Source: Balanoglossus misakiensis
Lineage: Eukaryota > Animalia > Hemichordata
Direction: 5' to 3'
DNA length: 64,000 bases
Assembly: GCA_040954595.2 (NCBI GenBank)
Contig: CM082584.2
Span: forward strand, 730,281-794,280
In this document: positions 1 to 14,800 of the stretch, one piece after another
Layout of the letters: every line of letters starts with the position of its first letter
How positions within the stretch are numbered: position 1 is the stretch's first letter
Notes under the pieces: model-generated
Told to the model about the DNA's origin: nothing
Seen by the model: only the letters and a program-made list of their open reading frames with translations
Databases searched by the model: none
Program-made: the position numbers and the translations under genes

Positions 1-789
1 TGGTGTGCCGGGGTTTTAGTCGAGCCAGGCCGTAGGAGATCTTACTTGATCATCGTGGTCAATGTACGCGTGTTTCCGCTCTAAAGTGCCGGGGCTTCAG
101 CTAAACCATGCCGTAGGAAATCCGACGTAATCACCGTTGATAACTTACGCCAGTCTGTGTCATATAGAGCCGGTGCACCAGCCGAGTCACGCCGTAGGAA
201 ATCTTACTTGATCAACGTGGTCAATGTACGCCTGTTTCTGCTCTAGAGTGCCGGGGCTTCAGCTGAGCCAGGCCGTGGGAAACCCGACGTGATTACCGTT
301 GTTAACTTACGCCAGTTTGTGTCCTATATATAGTGCCGGGGCATCAGCCGTGCCAGGCCGAAGGAAATGTGAGTAGATCAACGTGGTCTCTGTACGCGTG
401 TTTCTGCTCTAGAGTGCCAGGGCTTTAGCCAAGCCATGCCGTAGGAAATCTGACTTGATCAACGTTGCTAACGAACGCTAATGTCTGTCATAGTGTGCCG
501 GGGTTTTAGTCGAGCCAAGCCGTAGGAGATCAGACTTGATCAACGTGGTCTCTGTACGCGTGTTTCTGCTCTAGAGTGCCGGGGCTTTATCCAACCCATG
601 CCGTAGAAAATCTGACTTGATCACCGTTGCTAACGTACGCTAGTGTCTGTCATATTGTGACGGAGATTTAGCCGAGCCAGGCCGTAGAAAAATCGACTTG
701 TTCAACGTTACCAGTGTGCAACTGTTTCTGCTCTAGAGTGTCAGGGTTTTAGCCGACTTATGCTGTAGGAAATCTTAGTTGATGACGGG

Positions 790-1730
790 AATTTAATGTT
801 AGAAAACCCGTGTGGAAAGTATCTCTACCCGTTTGAAACTAAGAAAAGAATTTATTCTTATTTATTTTGTAAAAAAGACAATTTTTCGAAAAAAAGTCGA
901 AAAATTGCAATTTTGTCTTGGGTGATTCAAATTATACCGCCTTTTCTGGAATTTGCAGCACTTTTTACAAGAGAACGACACTTCATGCTCCATAATATTT
1001 CCGAAAATGAAGAAAAGAGTTTATTTTTTATGATTTTTTAAAAATGTACCATTTTGTCAAAATATGGCCAAAATGGCTATTTTTTCTTGAATTCCGTCAA
1101 TATCTCTGCATTTTTGGAGTGGTCGAAAGTTTTAACATACAATCAACATGTCATATATGATCAGGGCACCAAATTCGAAGAACGAAGGTTTTTTTATTTT
1201 ATTTTTCTAAAAATGACATTTTCAAGAAAAATTTGGTAAAACGCAATTTTGTCTGCAGTGAGCCAAATTAGACGGTCTTTTGTGGAATTTGTATCGATAT
1301 ATATATACGAAGAGCATTCTATACTCCATCAGATTTCCGAAAATGTAGAAAACAGGTATTTTTTGTAATTTTCAAAAATTTACCATTTTGACAAATTGTG
1401 GCTAAAATTGTTATTTTCGTGTTGAATGCCGCCAGTGTCACTGCTTTTAAAAGTCATAAAAACTTTTAACATGCAAGCAATTGCTTATATATGATCAGGC
1501 CACCGAATTAAAAAAATAAAGAATGTTTTGCCTAAAAATGACCTTTTTGGTGCAAAAACGAATAAAACGCAATTTTGTATTAAATCAGCTCATTCAGAGT
1601 GCATTTTTTATAATCAGCACAATTTTTACATATATTGGAAATTTCATACATCATCAGATATCCAAATATGAAAAAATGATTTAGATTTTAGATGATTGTC
1701 CAAAATTAGCTGATATCTAATAAATGTAGT
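790..1730 (+). repeat. Representative AT-rich sub-array of satellite A: diverged ~168-bp monomers in a ~335-bp dimer
   Basis: ATTTCCGAAAATG at ~998 and ~1333; ATATATGATCAGG at ~1153 and ~1487; GCAATTTTGTCT at 907 and 1243 with the related GCTATTTTTTCTTG halfway at 1076. Confidence 0.85.
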
Positions 1731-1961
1731 ATTGAACCGTTCTGTCCCCCCCCCCTACATTATATGCGGTACGCCGATGTCAGCTTACCCGGCAGTACTG
1801 CAGGCCGTGCCCCCAAATAACGTCGGTGTTTGAAACGCCCTGGTTAAATTCGGGCTTTCTCTATAAATTGACAGGCAATAATGCAGTCCTACCCGAACAA
1901 ATGTCGAGTGTTGACCCGCTGTGACTTTCCCTCTTCGGTTTGCCCGACTTAGCCAACGTCT

Positions 1962-2830
1962 TTGTACTAATGTGTCGGGTCTTTTGCAGAGCCAGGCCGA
2001 AGGAAATCCGACTTGATCACCGTTGCTAACGAACGCTAGTGTCTGTCATGGTGTGCCGGGGTTTTAGTCGAGCCAGGCCGTAGGAGATCTGACTTGATCA
2101 TCGTGGTCAATGTACGCGTGTTTCCGCTCTAAAGTGCCGGGGCTTCAGCTAAACCATGCCGTAGGAAATCCGACGTAATCACCGTTGATAACTTACGCCA
2201 GTCTGTGTCATATAGAGCCGGGGCACCAGCCGAGTCACGCCGTAGGAAATCTTACTTGATCAACGTGGTCAATGTACGCCTGTTTCTGCTCTAGAGTGCC
2301 GGGGCTTCAGCTGAGCCAGGCCGTGGGAAACCCGACGTGATTACCGTTGTTAACTTACGCCAGTTTGTGTCCTATATATAGTGCCGGGGCATCAGCCGTG
2401 CCAGGCCGAAGGAAATGTGAGTAGATCAACGTGGTCTCTGTACGCGTGTTTCTGCTCTAGAGTGCCAGGGCTTTAGCCAAGCCATGCCGTAGGAAATCTG
2501 ACTTGATCAACGTTGCTAACGAACGCTAATGTCTGTCATAGTGTGCCGGGGTTTTAGTCGAGCCAAGCCGTAGGAGATCAGACTTGATCAACGTGGTCTC
2601 TGTACGCGTGTTTCTGCTCTAGAGTGCCGGGGCTTTATCCAACCCATGCCGTAGAAAATCTGACTTGATCACCGTTGCTAACGTACGCTAGTGTCTGTCA
2701 TATTGTGACGGAGATTTAGCCGAGCCAGGCCGTAGAAAAATCGACTTGTTCAACGTTACCAGTGTGCAACTGTTTCTGCTCTAGAGTGTCAGGGTTTTAG
2801 CCGACTTATGCTGTAGGAAATCTGAGTTGA
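1962..2830 (+). repeat. Representative GC-rich sub-array of satellite A: ~11 x 81-bp monomers in alternating A/B types (162-bp dimer)
   Basis: In the first unit the GCCGTAGGA-type core recurs at 29, 110, 191, 272, 357, 438, 519, 600, 681 and 762 (81-bp steps, one 85-bp step at a TA expansion); monomers alternate between a GTGGTC..TGTACGC type and a CGTTG.TAAC type. Confidence 0.97.
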
Positions 2831-5800
2831 TGACGGGAATTCAATGTTAGAAAACCCGTGTGGAAAGTATCTCTACCCGTTTGAAACTAAGAAAAGAATT
2901 TATTCTTATTTATTTTGTAAAAAAGACAATTTTTCGAAAAAAAGTCGAAAAATTGCAATTTTGTCTTGGGTGATTCAAATTATACCGCCTTTTCTGGAAT
3001 TTGCAGCACTTTTTACAAGAGAACGACACTTCATGCTCCATAATATTTCCGAAAATGAAGAAAAGAGTTTATTTTTTATGATTTTTTAAAAATGTACCAT
3101 TTTGTCAAAATATGGCCAAAATGGCTATTTTTTCTTGAATTCCGTCAATATCTCTGCATTTTTGGAGTGGTCGAAAGTTTTAACATACAATCAACATGTC
3201 ATATATGATCAGGGCACCAAATTCGAAGAACGAAGGTTTTTTTATTTTATTTTTCTAAAAATGACATTTTCAAGAAAAATTTGGTAAAACGCAATTTTGT
3301 CTGCAGTGAGCCAAATTAGACGGTCTTTTGTGGAATTTGTATCGATATATATATACGAAGAGCATTCTATACTCCATCAGATTTCCGAAAATGTAGAAAA
3401 CAGGTATTTTTTGTAATTTTCAAAAATTTACCATTTTGACCAAATTGTGGTTAAAATTGTTATTTTCGTGTTGAATGCCGCCAGTGTCACTGCTTTTAAA
3501 AGTCATAAAAACTTTTAACATGCAAGCAATTGCTTATATATGATCAGGCCACCGAATTAAAAAAATAAAGAATGTTTTGCCTAAAAATGACCTTTTTGGT
3601 GCAAAAACGAATAAAACGCAATTTTGTATTAAATCAGCTCATTCAGAGTGCATTTTTTATAATCAGCACCATTTTTACATATATTGGAAATTTCATACAT
3701 CATCAGATATCCAAATATGAAAAAATGATTTAGATTTTAGATGATTGTCCAAAATTAGCTGATATCTAATAAATGTAGTATTGAACCGTTCTGTCCCCCC
3801 CCCCCCTACATTATATGCGGTACGCCGATGTCAGCTTACCCGGCAGTACTGCAGGCCGTGCCCCCAAATAACGTCGGTGTTTGAAACGCCCTGGTTAAAT
3901 TCGGGCTTTCTCTATAAATTGACAGGCAATAATGCAGTCCTACCCGAACAAATGTCGAGTGTTGACCCGCTGTGACTTTCCCTCTTCGGTTTGCCCGACT
4001 TAGCCAACGTCTTTGTACTAATGTGTCGGGTCTTTTGCAGAGCCAGGCCGAAGGAAATCCGACTTGATCACCGTTGCTAACGAACGCTAGTGTCTGTCAT
4101 GGTGTGCCGGGGTTTTAGTCGAGCCAGGCCGTAGGAGATCTGACTTGATCATCGTGGTCAATGTACGCGTGTTTCCGCTCTAAAGTGCCGGGGCTTCAGC
4201 TAAACCATGCCGTAGGAAATCCGACGTAATCACCGTTGATAACTTACGCCAGTCTGTGTCATATAGAGCCGGTGCACCAGCCGAGTCACGCCGTAGGAAA
4301 TCTTACTTGATCAACGTGGTCAATGTACGCCTGTTTCTGCTCTAGAGTGCCGGGGCTTCAGCTGAGCCAGGCCGTGGGAAACCCGACGTGATTACCGTTG
4401 TTAACTTACGCCAGTTTGTGTCCTATATATAGTGCCGGGGCATCAGCCGTGCCAGGCCGAAGGAAATGTGAGTAGATCAACGTGGTCTCTGTACGCGTGT
4501 TTCTGCTCTAGAGTGCCAGGGCTTTAGCCAAGCCATGCCGTAGGAAATCTGACTTGATCAACGTTTCTAACGAACGCTAATGTCTGTCATAGTGTGCCGG
4601 GGTTTTAGTCGAGCTAAGCCGTAGGAGATCAGACTTGATCAACGTGGTCTCTGTACGCGTGTTTCTGCTCTAGAGTGCCGGGGCTTTATCCAACCCATGC
4701 CGTAGAAAATCTGACTTGATCACCGTTGCTAACGTACGCTAGTGTCTGTCATATTGTGACGGAGATTTAGCCGAGCCAGGCCGTAGAAAAATCGACTTGT
4801 TCAACGTTACCAGTGTGCAACTGTTTCTGCTCTAGAGTGTCAGGGTTTTAGCCGACTTATGCTGTAGGAAATCTGAGTTGATGAACGGGAATTCAATGTT
4901 AGAAAACCCGTGTGGAAAGTATCTCTACCCGTTTGAAACTAAGAAAAGAATTTATTCTTATTTATTTTGTAAAAAAGACAATTTTTCGAAGAAAAGTCGA
5001 AAAATTGCAATTTTGTCTTGGGTGATTCAAATTATACCGCCTTTTCTGGAATTTGCAGCACTTTTTACAAGAGAACGACACTTCATGCTCCATAATATTT
5101 CCGAAAATGAAGAAAAGAGTTAATTTTTTATGATTTTTCAAAAATTTACCATTTTTGTCAAAATATGGCCAAAATGGCTATTTTTCTTGAATTCCGTCAA
5201 TATCTCTGCATTTTTGGAGTGGTCGAGAGTTTTAACATACAATCAACATGTCATATATGATCAGGGCACCAAATTCGAAGAATAAAGGTTTTTTTATTTT
5301 TTTTTCTAAAAATGACATTTTCAAGAAAAATTTGGTAAAACGCAATTTTGTCTGCAGTGAGCCAAATTAGACGGTCTTTTGTGGAATTTGTATCGATATA
5401 TACATACGAAGGGCATTCTATACTCCATCAGATTTCCGAAAATGTAGAAAACAGGTATTTTTTGTAATTTTCAAAAATTTACCATTTTGACCAAATTGTG
5501 GCTAAAATTGTTATTTTCGTGATGAATGCCGCCAGTGTCACTGCTTTTAAAAGTCATAAAAACTTTTAACATACAAGCAATTGTTTATATATGATCAGGT
5601 CACCGAATTAAAAAAATAAAGAATGTTTTGCCTAAAAATTACCTTTTTGGTGCAAAAACGAATAAAACGCAATTTTGTATTAAATCAGCTCATTCAGAGT
5701 GCATTTTTTATAATCAGCACCATTTTTACATATATTGGAAATTTCATACATCATCAGATATCCAAATATGAAAAAATGATTTAGATTTTAGATGATTGTC

Positions 5801-8800
5801 CAAAATTAGCTGATATCTAATAAATGTAGTATTGAACCGTTCTGTCCCCCCCTACATTATATGCGGTACGCCGATGTCAGCTTACCCGGCAGTACTGCAG
5901 GCCGTGCCCCCAAATAACGTCGGTGTGTGAAACGCCCTGGTTAAATTCGGGCTTTCTCTATAAATTAACAGGCAATAATGCAGTCCTACCCGAACAAATG
6001 TCGAGTGTTGACCCGCTGTGACTTTCCCTCTTCGGTTTGCCCGACTTAGCCAACGTCTTTGTACTAGAGGGTCGGGTCTTTTGCCGAGCCAGGCCGAAGG
6101 AAATCCGACTTGATCACCGTTGCTAACGAACGCTAGTGTCTGTCATGGTGTGCCGGGGTTTTAGTCGAACCAGGCCGTAGGAAATCTGACTTGATCAACG
6201 TGGTCAATGTACGCGTGTTTCCGCTCTAAAGTGCCGGGGCTTCAGCTAAACCATGCCGTAGGCAATCCGACGTAATCACCGTTGATAACTTACGCCAGTC
6301 TGTGTCATATAGAGCCGGTGCACTAGCCGAATCACGCCGTAGGAAATCTGACTTGATCAACGTGGTCAATGTACGCCTGTTTCTGCTCTAGAGTGCCGGG
6401 GCTTCAGCTGAGCCAGGCCGTAGGAAACCCGACGTGATTACCGTTGTAAACTTACGCCAGTCTGTGTCCTATATATAGTGCCGGGGCATCAGCCGTGCCA
6501 GGCCGAAGGAAATGTGAGTAGATCAACGTGGTCTCTGTACGCGTGTTTCTGCTCTAGAGTGCCGGGGCTTTATCCAAGCCATGCCGTAGAAAATCTGACT
6601 TGATCACCGTTGCTAACGTACGATAGTGTCTGTCATAGTGTGCCGGGGTTTTAGTCGAGCCAAGCCGTAGGAGATCAGACTTCATCAACGTGGTCTCTGT
6701 ACGCGTGTTTCTGCTCTAGAGTGCCGGGGCTTTATCCAAGCCATGCCGTAGAAAATCTGACTTGATCACCGTTGCTAACGTGCGCTAGTGTCTGTCATAT
6801 TGTGACGGAGATTTAGCCGAGCCAGGCCGTAGAAAAATCGACTTGTTCAACGTTACCAGTGTGCAACTGTTTCTGCTCTAGAGTGTCAGGGTTTTAGCCG
6901 ACTTATGCTGTAGGAAATCTGAGTTGATGAACGGGAATTCAATGTTAGAAAACCCGTGTGGAAAGTATCTCTACCCGTTTGGAACTATGAAAAGAATTTA
7001 TTCTTATTTATTTTGTGAAACAAGACAATTTTTCGAAAAAAAGTCGAAAATGGTAATTTTGTCTTGGGTGATTCAAATTATACCACATTTTCTGGAATTT
7101 GCAGCACTTTTTACAAGAGAACGACACTTCATGCTCCATAATATTTCCGAAAATGAAGAAAAGAGTTTATTTTTTATGATTTTTTAAAAATGTACCATTT
7201 TGTCAAAATATGGCCAAAATGGCAATTTTTTCGTGAATTCCGTCAATATCTCTGCATTTTTGGAGTGGTCGAAAGTTTTAACATACAATCAACATGTCAT
7301 ATATGATCAGGGCACCAAATTCGAAGAACGAAGGTTTTTTTATTTTATTTTTCTAAAAATGACATTTTAAAGGAAAATTTGGTAAAACGCAATTTTGTCT
7401 GCAGTGAGCCAAATTAGACGGTCTTTTGTGGAATTTGTATCGATATATATATACGAAGAGCATTCTATACTCCATCAGATTTCCGAAAATGTAGAAAACA
7501 GGTATTTTTTGTAATTTTCAAAAATTTACCATTTTGACCAAATTGTGGTTAAAATTGTTATTTTCGTGTTGAATGCCGCCAGTGTCACTGCTTTTAAAAG
7601 TCATAAAAACTTTTAACATGCAAGCAATTGCTTATATATGATCAGGCCACCGAATTAAAAAAATAAAGAATGTTTTGCCTAAAAATGACCTTTTTGGTGC
7701 AAAAACGAATAAAACGCAATTTTGTATTAAATCAGCTCATTCAGAGTGCATTTTTTATAATCAGCACCATTTTTACATATATTGGAAATTTCATACATCA
7801 TCAGATATCCAAATATGAAAAAATGATTTAGATTTTAGATGATTGTCCAAAATTAGCTGATATCTAATAAATGTAGTATTGAACCGTTCTGTCCCCCCCT
7901 ACATTATATGCGGTACGCCGATGTTAGCTTACCCGGCAGTACTGCAGGCCGTGCCCCCAAATAACGTCGGTGTGTGAAACGCCCTGGTTAAATTCGGGCT
8001 TTCTCTATAAATTAACAGGCAATAATGCAGTCCTACCCGAACAAATGTCGAGTGTTGACCCGCTGTGACTTTCCCTCTTCGGTTTGCCCGACTTAGCCAA
8101 CGTCTTTGTACTAATGTGTCGGGTCTTTTGCAGAGCCAGGCCGAAGGAAATCCGACTTGATCACCGTTGCTAACGAACGCTAGTGTCTGTCATGGTGTGC
8201 CGGGGTTTTAGTCGAGCCAGGCCGTAGGAGATCTGACTTGATCATCGTGGTCAATGTACGCGTGTTTCCGCTCTAAAGTGCCGGGGCTTCAGCTAAACCA
8301 TGCCGTAGGAAATCCGACGTAATCACCGTTGATAACTTACGCCAGTCTGTGTCATATAGAGCCGGTGCACCAGCCGAATCACGCCGTAGGAAATCTGACT
8401 TGATCAACGTGGTCAATGTACGCCTGTTTCTGCTCTAGAGTGCCGGGGCTTCAGCTGAGCCAGGCCGTAGGAAACCCGACGTGATTACCGTTGTTAACTT
8501 ACGCCAGTCTGTGTCCTATATATAGTGCCGGGGCATCAGCCGTGCCAGGCCGAAGGAAATGTGAGTAGATCAACGTGGTCTCTGTACGCGTGTTTCTGCT
8601 CTAGAGTGCCGGGGCTTTATCCAAGCCATGCCGTAGAAAATCTGACTTGATCACCGTTGCTAACGTACGATAGTGTCTGTCATAGTGTGCCGGGGTTTTA
8701 GTCGAGCCAAGCCGTAGGAGATCAGACTTCATCAACGTGGTCTCTGTACGCGTGTTTCTGCTCTAGAGTGCCGGGGCTTTATCCAAGCCATGCCGTAGAA

Positions 8801-11800
8801 AATCTGACTTGATCACCGTTGCTAACGTGCGCTAGTGTCTGTCATATTGTGACGGAGATTTAGCCGAGCCAGGCCGTAGAAAAATCGACTTGTTCAACGT
8901 TACCAGTGTGCAACTGTTTCTGCTCTAGAGTGTCAGGGTTTTAGCCGACTTATGCTGTAGGAAATCTGAGTTGATGAACGGGAATTCAATGTTAGAAAAC
9001 CCGTGTGGAAAGTATCTCTACCCGTTTGGAACTATGAAAAGAATTTATTCTTATTTATTTTGTGAAACAAGACAATTTTTCGAAAAAAAGTCGAAAATGG
9101 TAATTTTGTCTTGGGTGATTCAAATTATACCACATTTTCTGGAATTTGCAGCACTTTTTACAAGAGAACGACACTTCATGCTCCATAATATTTCCGAAAA
9201 TGAAGAAAAGAGTTTATTTTTTATGATTTTTTAAAAATGTACCATTTTGTCAAAATATGGCCAAAATGGCTATTTTTTCGTGAATTCCGTCAATATCTCT
9301 GCATTTTTGGAGTGGTCGAAAGTTTTAAACATACAATCAACATGTCATATATGATCAGGGCACCAAATTCGAAGAACGAAGGTTTTTTTATTTTATTTTT
9401 CTAAAAATGACATTTTAAAGGAAAATTTGGTAAAACGCAATTTTGTCTGCAGTGAGCCAAATTAGACGGTCTTTTGTGGAATTTGTATCGATATATATAT
9501 ACGAAGAGCATTCTATACTCCATCAGATTTCCGAAAATGTAGAAAACAGGTATTTTTTGTAATTTTCAAAAATTTACCATTTTGACCAAATTGTGGTTAA
9601 AATTGTTATTTTCGTGTTGAATGCCGCCAGTGTCACTGCTTTTGAAAGTCATAAAAACTTTTAACATGCAAGCAATTGCTTATATATGATCAGGCCACCG
9701 AATTAAAAAAATAAAGAATGTTTTGCCTAAAAATGACCTTTTTGGTGCAAAAACGAATAAAACGCAATTTTGTATTAAATCAGCTCATTCAGAGTGCATT
9801 TTTTATAATCAGCACCATTTTTACATATATTGGAAATTTCATACATCATCAGATATCCAAATATGAAAAAATGATTTAGATTTTAGATGATTGTCCAAAA
9901 TTAGCTGATATCTAATAAATGTAGTATTGAACCGTTCTGTCCCCCCCTACATTATATGCGGTACGCCGATGTTAGCTTACCCGGCAGTACTGCAGGCCGT
10001 GCCCCCAAATAACGTCGGTGTGTGAAACGCCCTGGTTAAATTCGGGCTTTCTCTATAAATTAACAGGCAATAATGCAGTCCTACCCGAACAAATGTCGAG
10101 TGTTGACCCGCTGTGACTTTCCCTCTTCGGTTTGCCCGACTTAGCCAACGTCTTTGTACTAATGTGTCGGGTCTTTTGCAGAGCCAGGCCGAAGGAAATC
10201 CGACTTGATCACCGTTGCTAACGAACGCTAGTGTCTGTCATGGTGTGCCGGGGTTTTAGTCGAGCCAGGCCGTAGGAGATCTGACTTGATCATCGTGGTC
10301 AATGTACGCGTGTTTCCGCTCTAAAGTGCCGGGGCTTCAGCTAAACCATGCCGTAGGAAATCCGACGTAATCACCGTTGATAACTTACGCCAGTCTGTGT
10401 CATATAGAGCCGGTGCACCAGCCGAATCACGCCGTAGGAAATCTGACTTGATCAACGTGGTCAATGTACGCCTGTTTCTGCTCTAGAGTGCCGGGGCTTC
10501 AGCTGAGCCAGGCCGTAGGAAACCCGACGTGATTACCGTTGTTAACTTACGCCAGTCTGTGTCCTATATATAGTGCCGGGGCATCAGCCGTGCCAGGCCG
10601 AAGGAAATGTGAGTAGATCAACGTGGTCTCTGTACGCGTGTTTCTGCTCTAGAGTGCCGGGGCTTTATCCAAGCCATGCCGTAGAAAATCTGACTTGATC
10701 ACCGTTGCTAACGTACGATAGTGTCTGTCATAGTGTGCCGGGGTTTTAGTCGAGCCAAGCCGTAGGAGATCAGACTTCATCAACGTGGTCTCTGTACGCG
10801 TGTTTCTGCTCTAGAGTGCCGGGGCTTTATCCAAGCCATGCCGTAGAAAATCTGACTTGATCACCGTTGCTAACGTACGCTAGTGTCTGTCATATTGTGA
10901 CGGAGATTTAGCCGAGCCAGGCCGTAGAAAAATCGACTTGTTCAACGTTACCAGTGTGCAACTGTTTCTGCTCTAGAGTGTCAGGGTTTTAGCCGACTTA
11001 TGCTGTAGGAAATCTGAGTTGATGAACGGGAATTCAATGTTAGAAAACCCGTGTGGAAAGTATCTCCTCCCGTTTGAAACTAAGAAAAGAATTTATTCTT
11101 ATTTATTTTGTTAAAAAGACAATTTTTCGAAAAAAAGTCGAAAATGGTAATTTTGTCTTGGGTGATTCAAATTATACCACCTTTTCTGGAATTTGCAGCA
11201 CTTTTTACAAGAGAACGACACTTCATGCTCCATAATATTTCCGAAAATGAAGAAAATAGTTAATTTTTTATGATTTTTTAAAAATTTACCATTTTTGTCA
11301 AAATATGGCCAAAATGGCTATTTTTTCTTGAATTCCGTCAATATCTCTGCATTTTTGGAGTGGTCGAAAGTTTTAACATACAATCAACATGTCATATATG
11401 ATCAGGGCACCACATTTGAAGAACAAAGGTTTTTTTATTTTTTTTTCTAAAAATGACATTTTCAAGGAAAATTTGGTAAAACGCAATTTTGTCTGCAGTG
11501 AGCCAAATTAGACGGTCTTTTGTGGAATTTGTATCGATATATACATACGAAGAGCATTCTATACTCCATCAGATTTCCAAAAATGTAGAAAACAGGTATT
11601 TTTTGTAATTTTCAAAAATTTACCATTTTGACCAAATTGTGGCTAAAATTGTTATTTTCGTGTTGAATGCCGCCAGTGTCACTGCTTTTAAAAGTCATAA
11701 AAACTTTTAACATACAAGCAATTGTTTATATATGATCAGGTCACCGAATTAAAAAAATAAAGAATGTTTTGCCTAAAAATGACCTTTTTGGTGCAAAAAC

Positions 11801-14800
11801 GAATAAAACGCAATTTTGTATTAAATCAGCTCATTCAGAGTGCATTTTTTATAATCAGCACCATTTTTACATTTATTGGAAATTTCATACATCATCAGAT
11901 ATCCAAATATGAAAAAATGATTTAGATTTTAGATGATTGTCCAAAATTAGCTGATATCTAATAAATGTAGTATTGAACCGTTCTGTCCCCCCCCCTACAT
12001 TATATGCGGTACGCCGATGTCAGCTTACCCGGCAGTACTGCAGGCCGTGCCCCCAAATAACGTCGGTGTGTGAAACGCCCTGGTTAAATTCGGGCTTTCT
12101 CTATAAATTAACAGGCAATAATGCAGTCCTACCCGAACAAATGTCGAGTGTTGACCCGCTGTGACTTTCCCTCTTCGGTTTGCCCGACTTAGCCAACGTC
12201 TTTGTACAAGAGGGTCGGGTCTTTTGCCGAGCCAGGCCGAAGGAAATCCGACTTGATTACCGTTGCTAACGAACGCTAGTGTCTGTCATGGTGTGCCGGG
12301 GTTTTAGTCGAACCAGGCCGTAGGAAATCTGACTTGATCAACGTGGTCAATGTACGCGTGTTTCCGCTCTAAAGTGCCTGGGCTTCAGCTAAACCATGCC
12401 GTAGGAAATCCGACGTAATCACCGTTGATAACTTACGCCAGTCTGTGTCATATAGAGCCGGTGCACCAGCCGAACCAGGCCGTAGGAAATCTGACTTGAT
12501 CAACGTGGTCAATGTACGCCTGTTTCTGCTCTAGAGTGCCGGGGCTTCAGCTGATCCAGGCCGTAGGAAACCCGACGTGATTACCGTTGTTAACTTACGC
12601 CAGTCTGTGTCCTATATATATTGCGGGGCATCAGCCGTGCCAGGCCTAAGGAAATGTGAGTAGATCAATGTGGTCTCTGTACGCGTGTTTCTGCTCTAGA
12701 ATGCCAGGGCTTTAGCCAAGCCATGCCGTAGGAAATCTGACTTGATCAACGTTGCTAACGAACGCTAGTGTCTGTCATAGTGTGCCGGGGTTTTAGTCGA
12801 GCCAAGCCGTAGGAGATCTGACTTGATCATCGTGGTCAATGTACGCGTGTTTCCGCTCTAAAGTGCCGGGGCTTGAGCTAAAACAGGCCGTAGGAAATCC
12901 GACGTAATCACCGTTGATAACTTACGCCAGTCTGTGTCATATAGAGCCGGTGCACCAGCGGAGTCACGCCGTAGGACATCTGACTTGATCAACGTGGTCA
13001 ATGTACGCCTGTTTCTGCTCTAGAGTGCCGGGGCTTCAGCTGAGCCAGGCCGTAGGAAACCCGACGTGATTACCGTTGTTAACTTACGCCAGTCTGTGTC
13101 CTATATATAGTGCCGGGGCATCAGCTGTGCCAGGCCGAAGGAAATGGGAGTAGATCAACGTGGTCTCTGTACGCGTGTTTCTGCTCTAGAGTGCCGGGGC
13201 TTTAGCCAAGCCATGCCGTAGGAAATCTGACTTGATCAACGTTGCTAACGAACGCTAGTGTCTGTCATAGTGTGCCGGGGTTTTAGTCGAGCCAAGCCGT
13301 AGGAGATCAGACTTGATCAACGTGGTCTCTGTACGCGTGTTTCTGCTCTAGAGTGCCGGGGCTTTATCCCAGCCATGCCGTAGAAAATCTGACTTGATCA
13401 CCGTTGCTAACGTGCGCTAGTGTCTGTCATATTGTGACGGAGATTTAGCCGAGCCAGGCCGTAGAAAAATCGACTTGTTCAACGTTACCATTGTGCAACT
13501 GTTTCTGCTCTAGAGTGTCAGGGTTTTAGCCGACTTATGCTGTAGGAAATCTGAGTTGATGAATGGGAATTCAATGTTAAAAAACCTGTGTGGAAAGTGT
13601 CTCTACCCTTTTGAAACTAAGAAAATAATTTATTCTTATTTATTTTGTAAAAATCACAATTTTTCGAAAAAAAGTCGAAAATGGTAATTTTGTCATGGGT
13701 AATTCAAATTATACCGCCTTTTCTGGAATTTGCAGCACTTTTTACAAGAGAACGACACTTCATGCTCCATAATATTTCCGAAAATGAAGAAAAGAGTTAA
13801 TTTTTTATGATTTTTTAAAAATTTACCATTTTTGTCAAAATATGGCCAAAATTGCTATTTTTTCATGATTTCCGTCAATATCTCTGCATTTTTGGAGTGG
13901 TCGAAAGTTTTAACATACAATCAACATGTCATATATGATCAGGGCACCAAATTCGAAGAACAAAGGTTTTTTTTATTTTTTTTTCTAAAAATGACATTTT
14001 CAAGGAAAATTTGGTAAAACGCAATTTTGTCTGCAGTGAGCCAAATTGGCCGTTTTTTTTGTGGAATTTGTATCGATATATGTATACGAAGAGCATTCTA
14101 TACTCCATCAGATTTCCGAAAATGTAGAAAACAGGTATTTTTTGTAATTTTCAAAAATTTACCATTTTGACCGAATTGTGGCTAAAATTGTTCTTTTCGT
14201 GTTGAATGCCGCCAGTGTCACTGCTTTTAAAAGTCATTAAAACTTTTAACATACAAGCAATTGTTTATATATGATCAGGTCACCGAATTTAAAGAATAAA
14301 GAATGTTTTCCCTAAAAATGACCTTTTTGGTGCAAAAACGAATAAAACGCAATTTTGTATTAAATCAGCTCATTCAGAGTGCATTTTTTATAATCAGCAC
14401 CATTTTTACATATAATGGAAATTTCATACATCATCAGATATCCAAATATGAAAAAATGATTAAGATTTTAGATGATTGTCCAAAAGTAGCTGATATCTAA
14501 TAAATATAGTATTGAACCGTTCTGTTCCCCCCCCCCCCTACATTAAATGCGGTACGCCGATGTCAGCTTACCCGTCAGTACTGCAGGCCGTGCCCACAAC
14601 TAACGTCGGTGATTGAAACGCCCTGGTTAAATTCGGGCTTTCTCTATAAATTGACAGGCAATATTGTAGTCCTACCGGAACAAATGTCGAGTGTTGACCC
14701 GCTGTGACTTTCCCTCTTCGGTTTGCCCGACTTAGCCAACGTCTTTGTACTAGAGTGTCGGGTGTTTTGCAGAGCCAGGCCGCAGGAAATCCGACTTGAT

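Noticed and set aside
1-780. CRISPR-like look of a conserved core with variable intervening sequence
   Set aside because: The intervening segments are homologous to each other and repeat in every unit; no cas genes; eukaryotic context.
1784-1795. CTTACCCGGCAG resembles the U1 snRNA 5' end, and a 2-kb tandem unit suggests an snRNA or 5S array
   Set aside because: Similarity stops after 12 nt; no U1 body or Sm site, and no 5S or tRNA sequence recognised in the unit.
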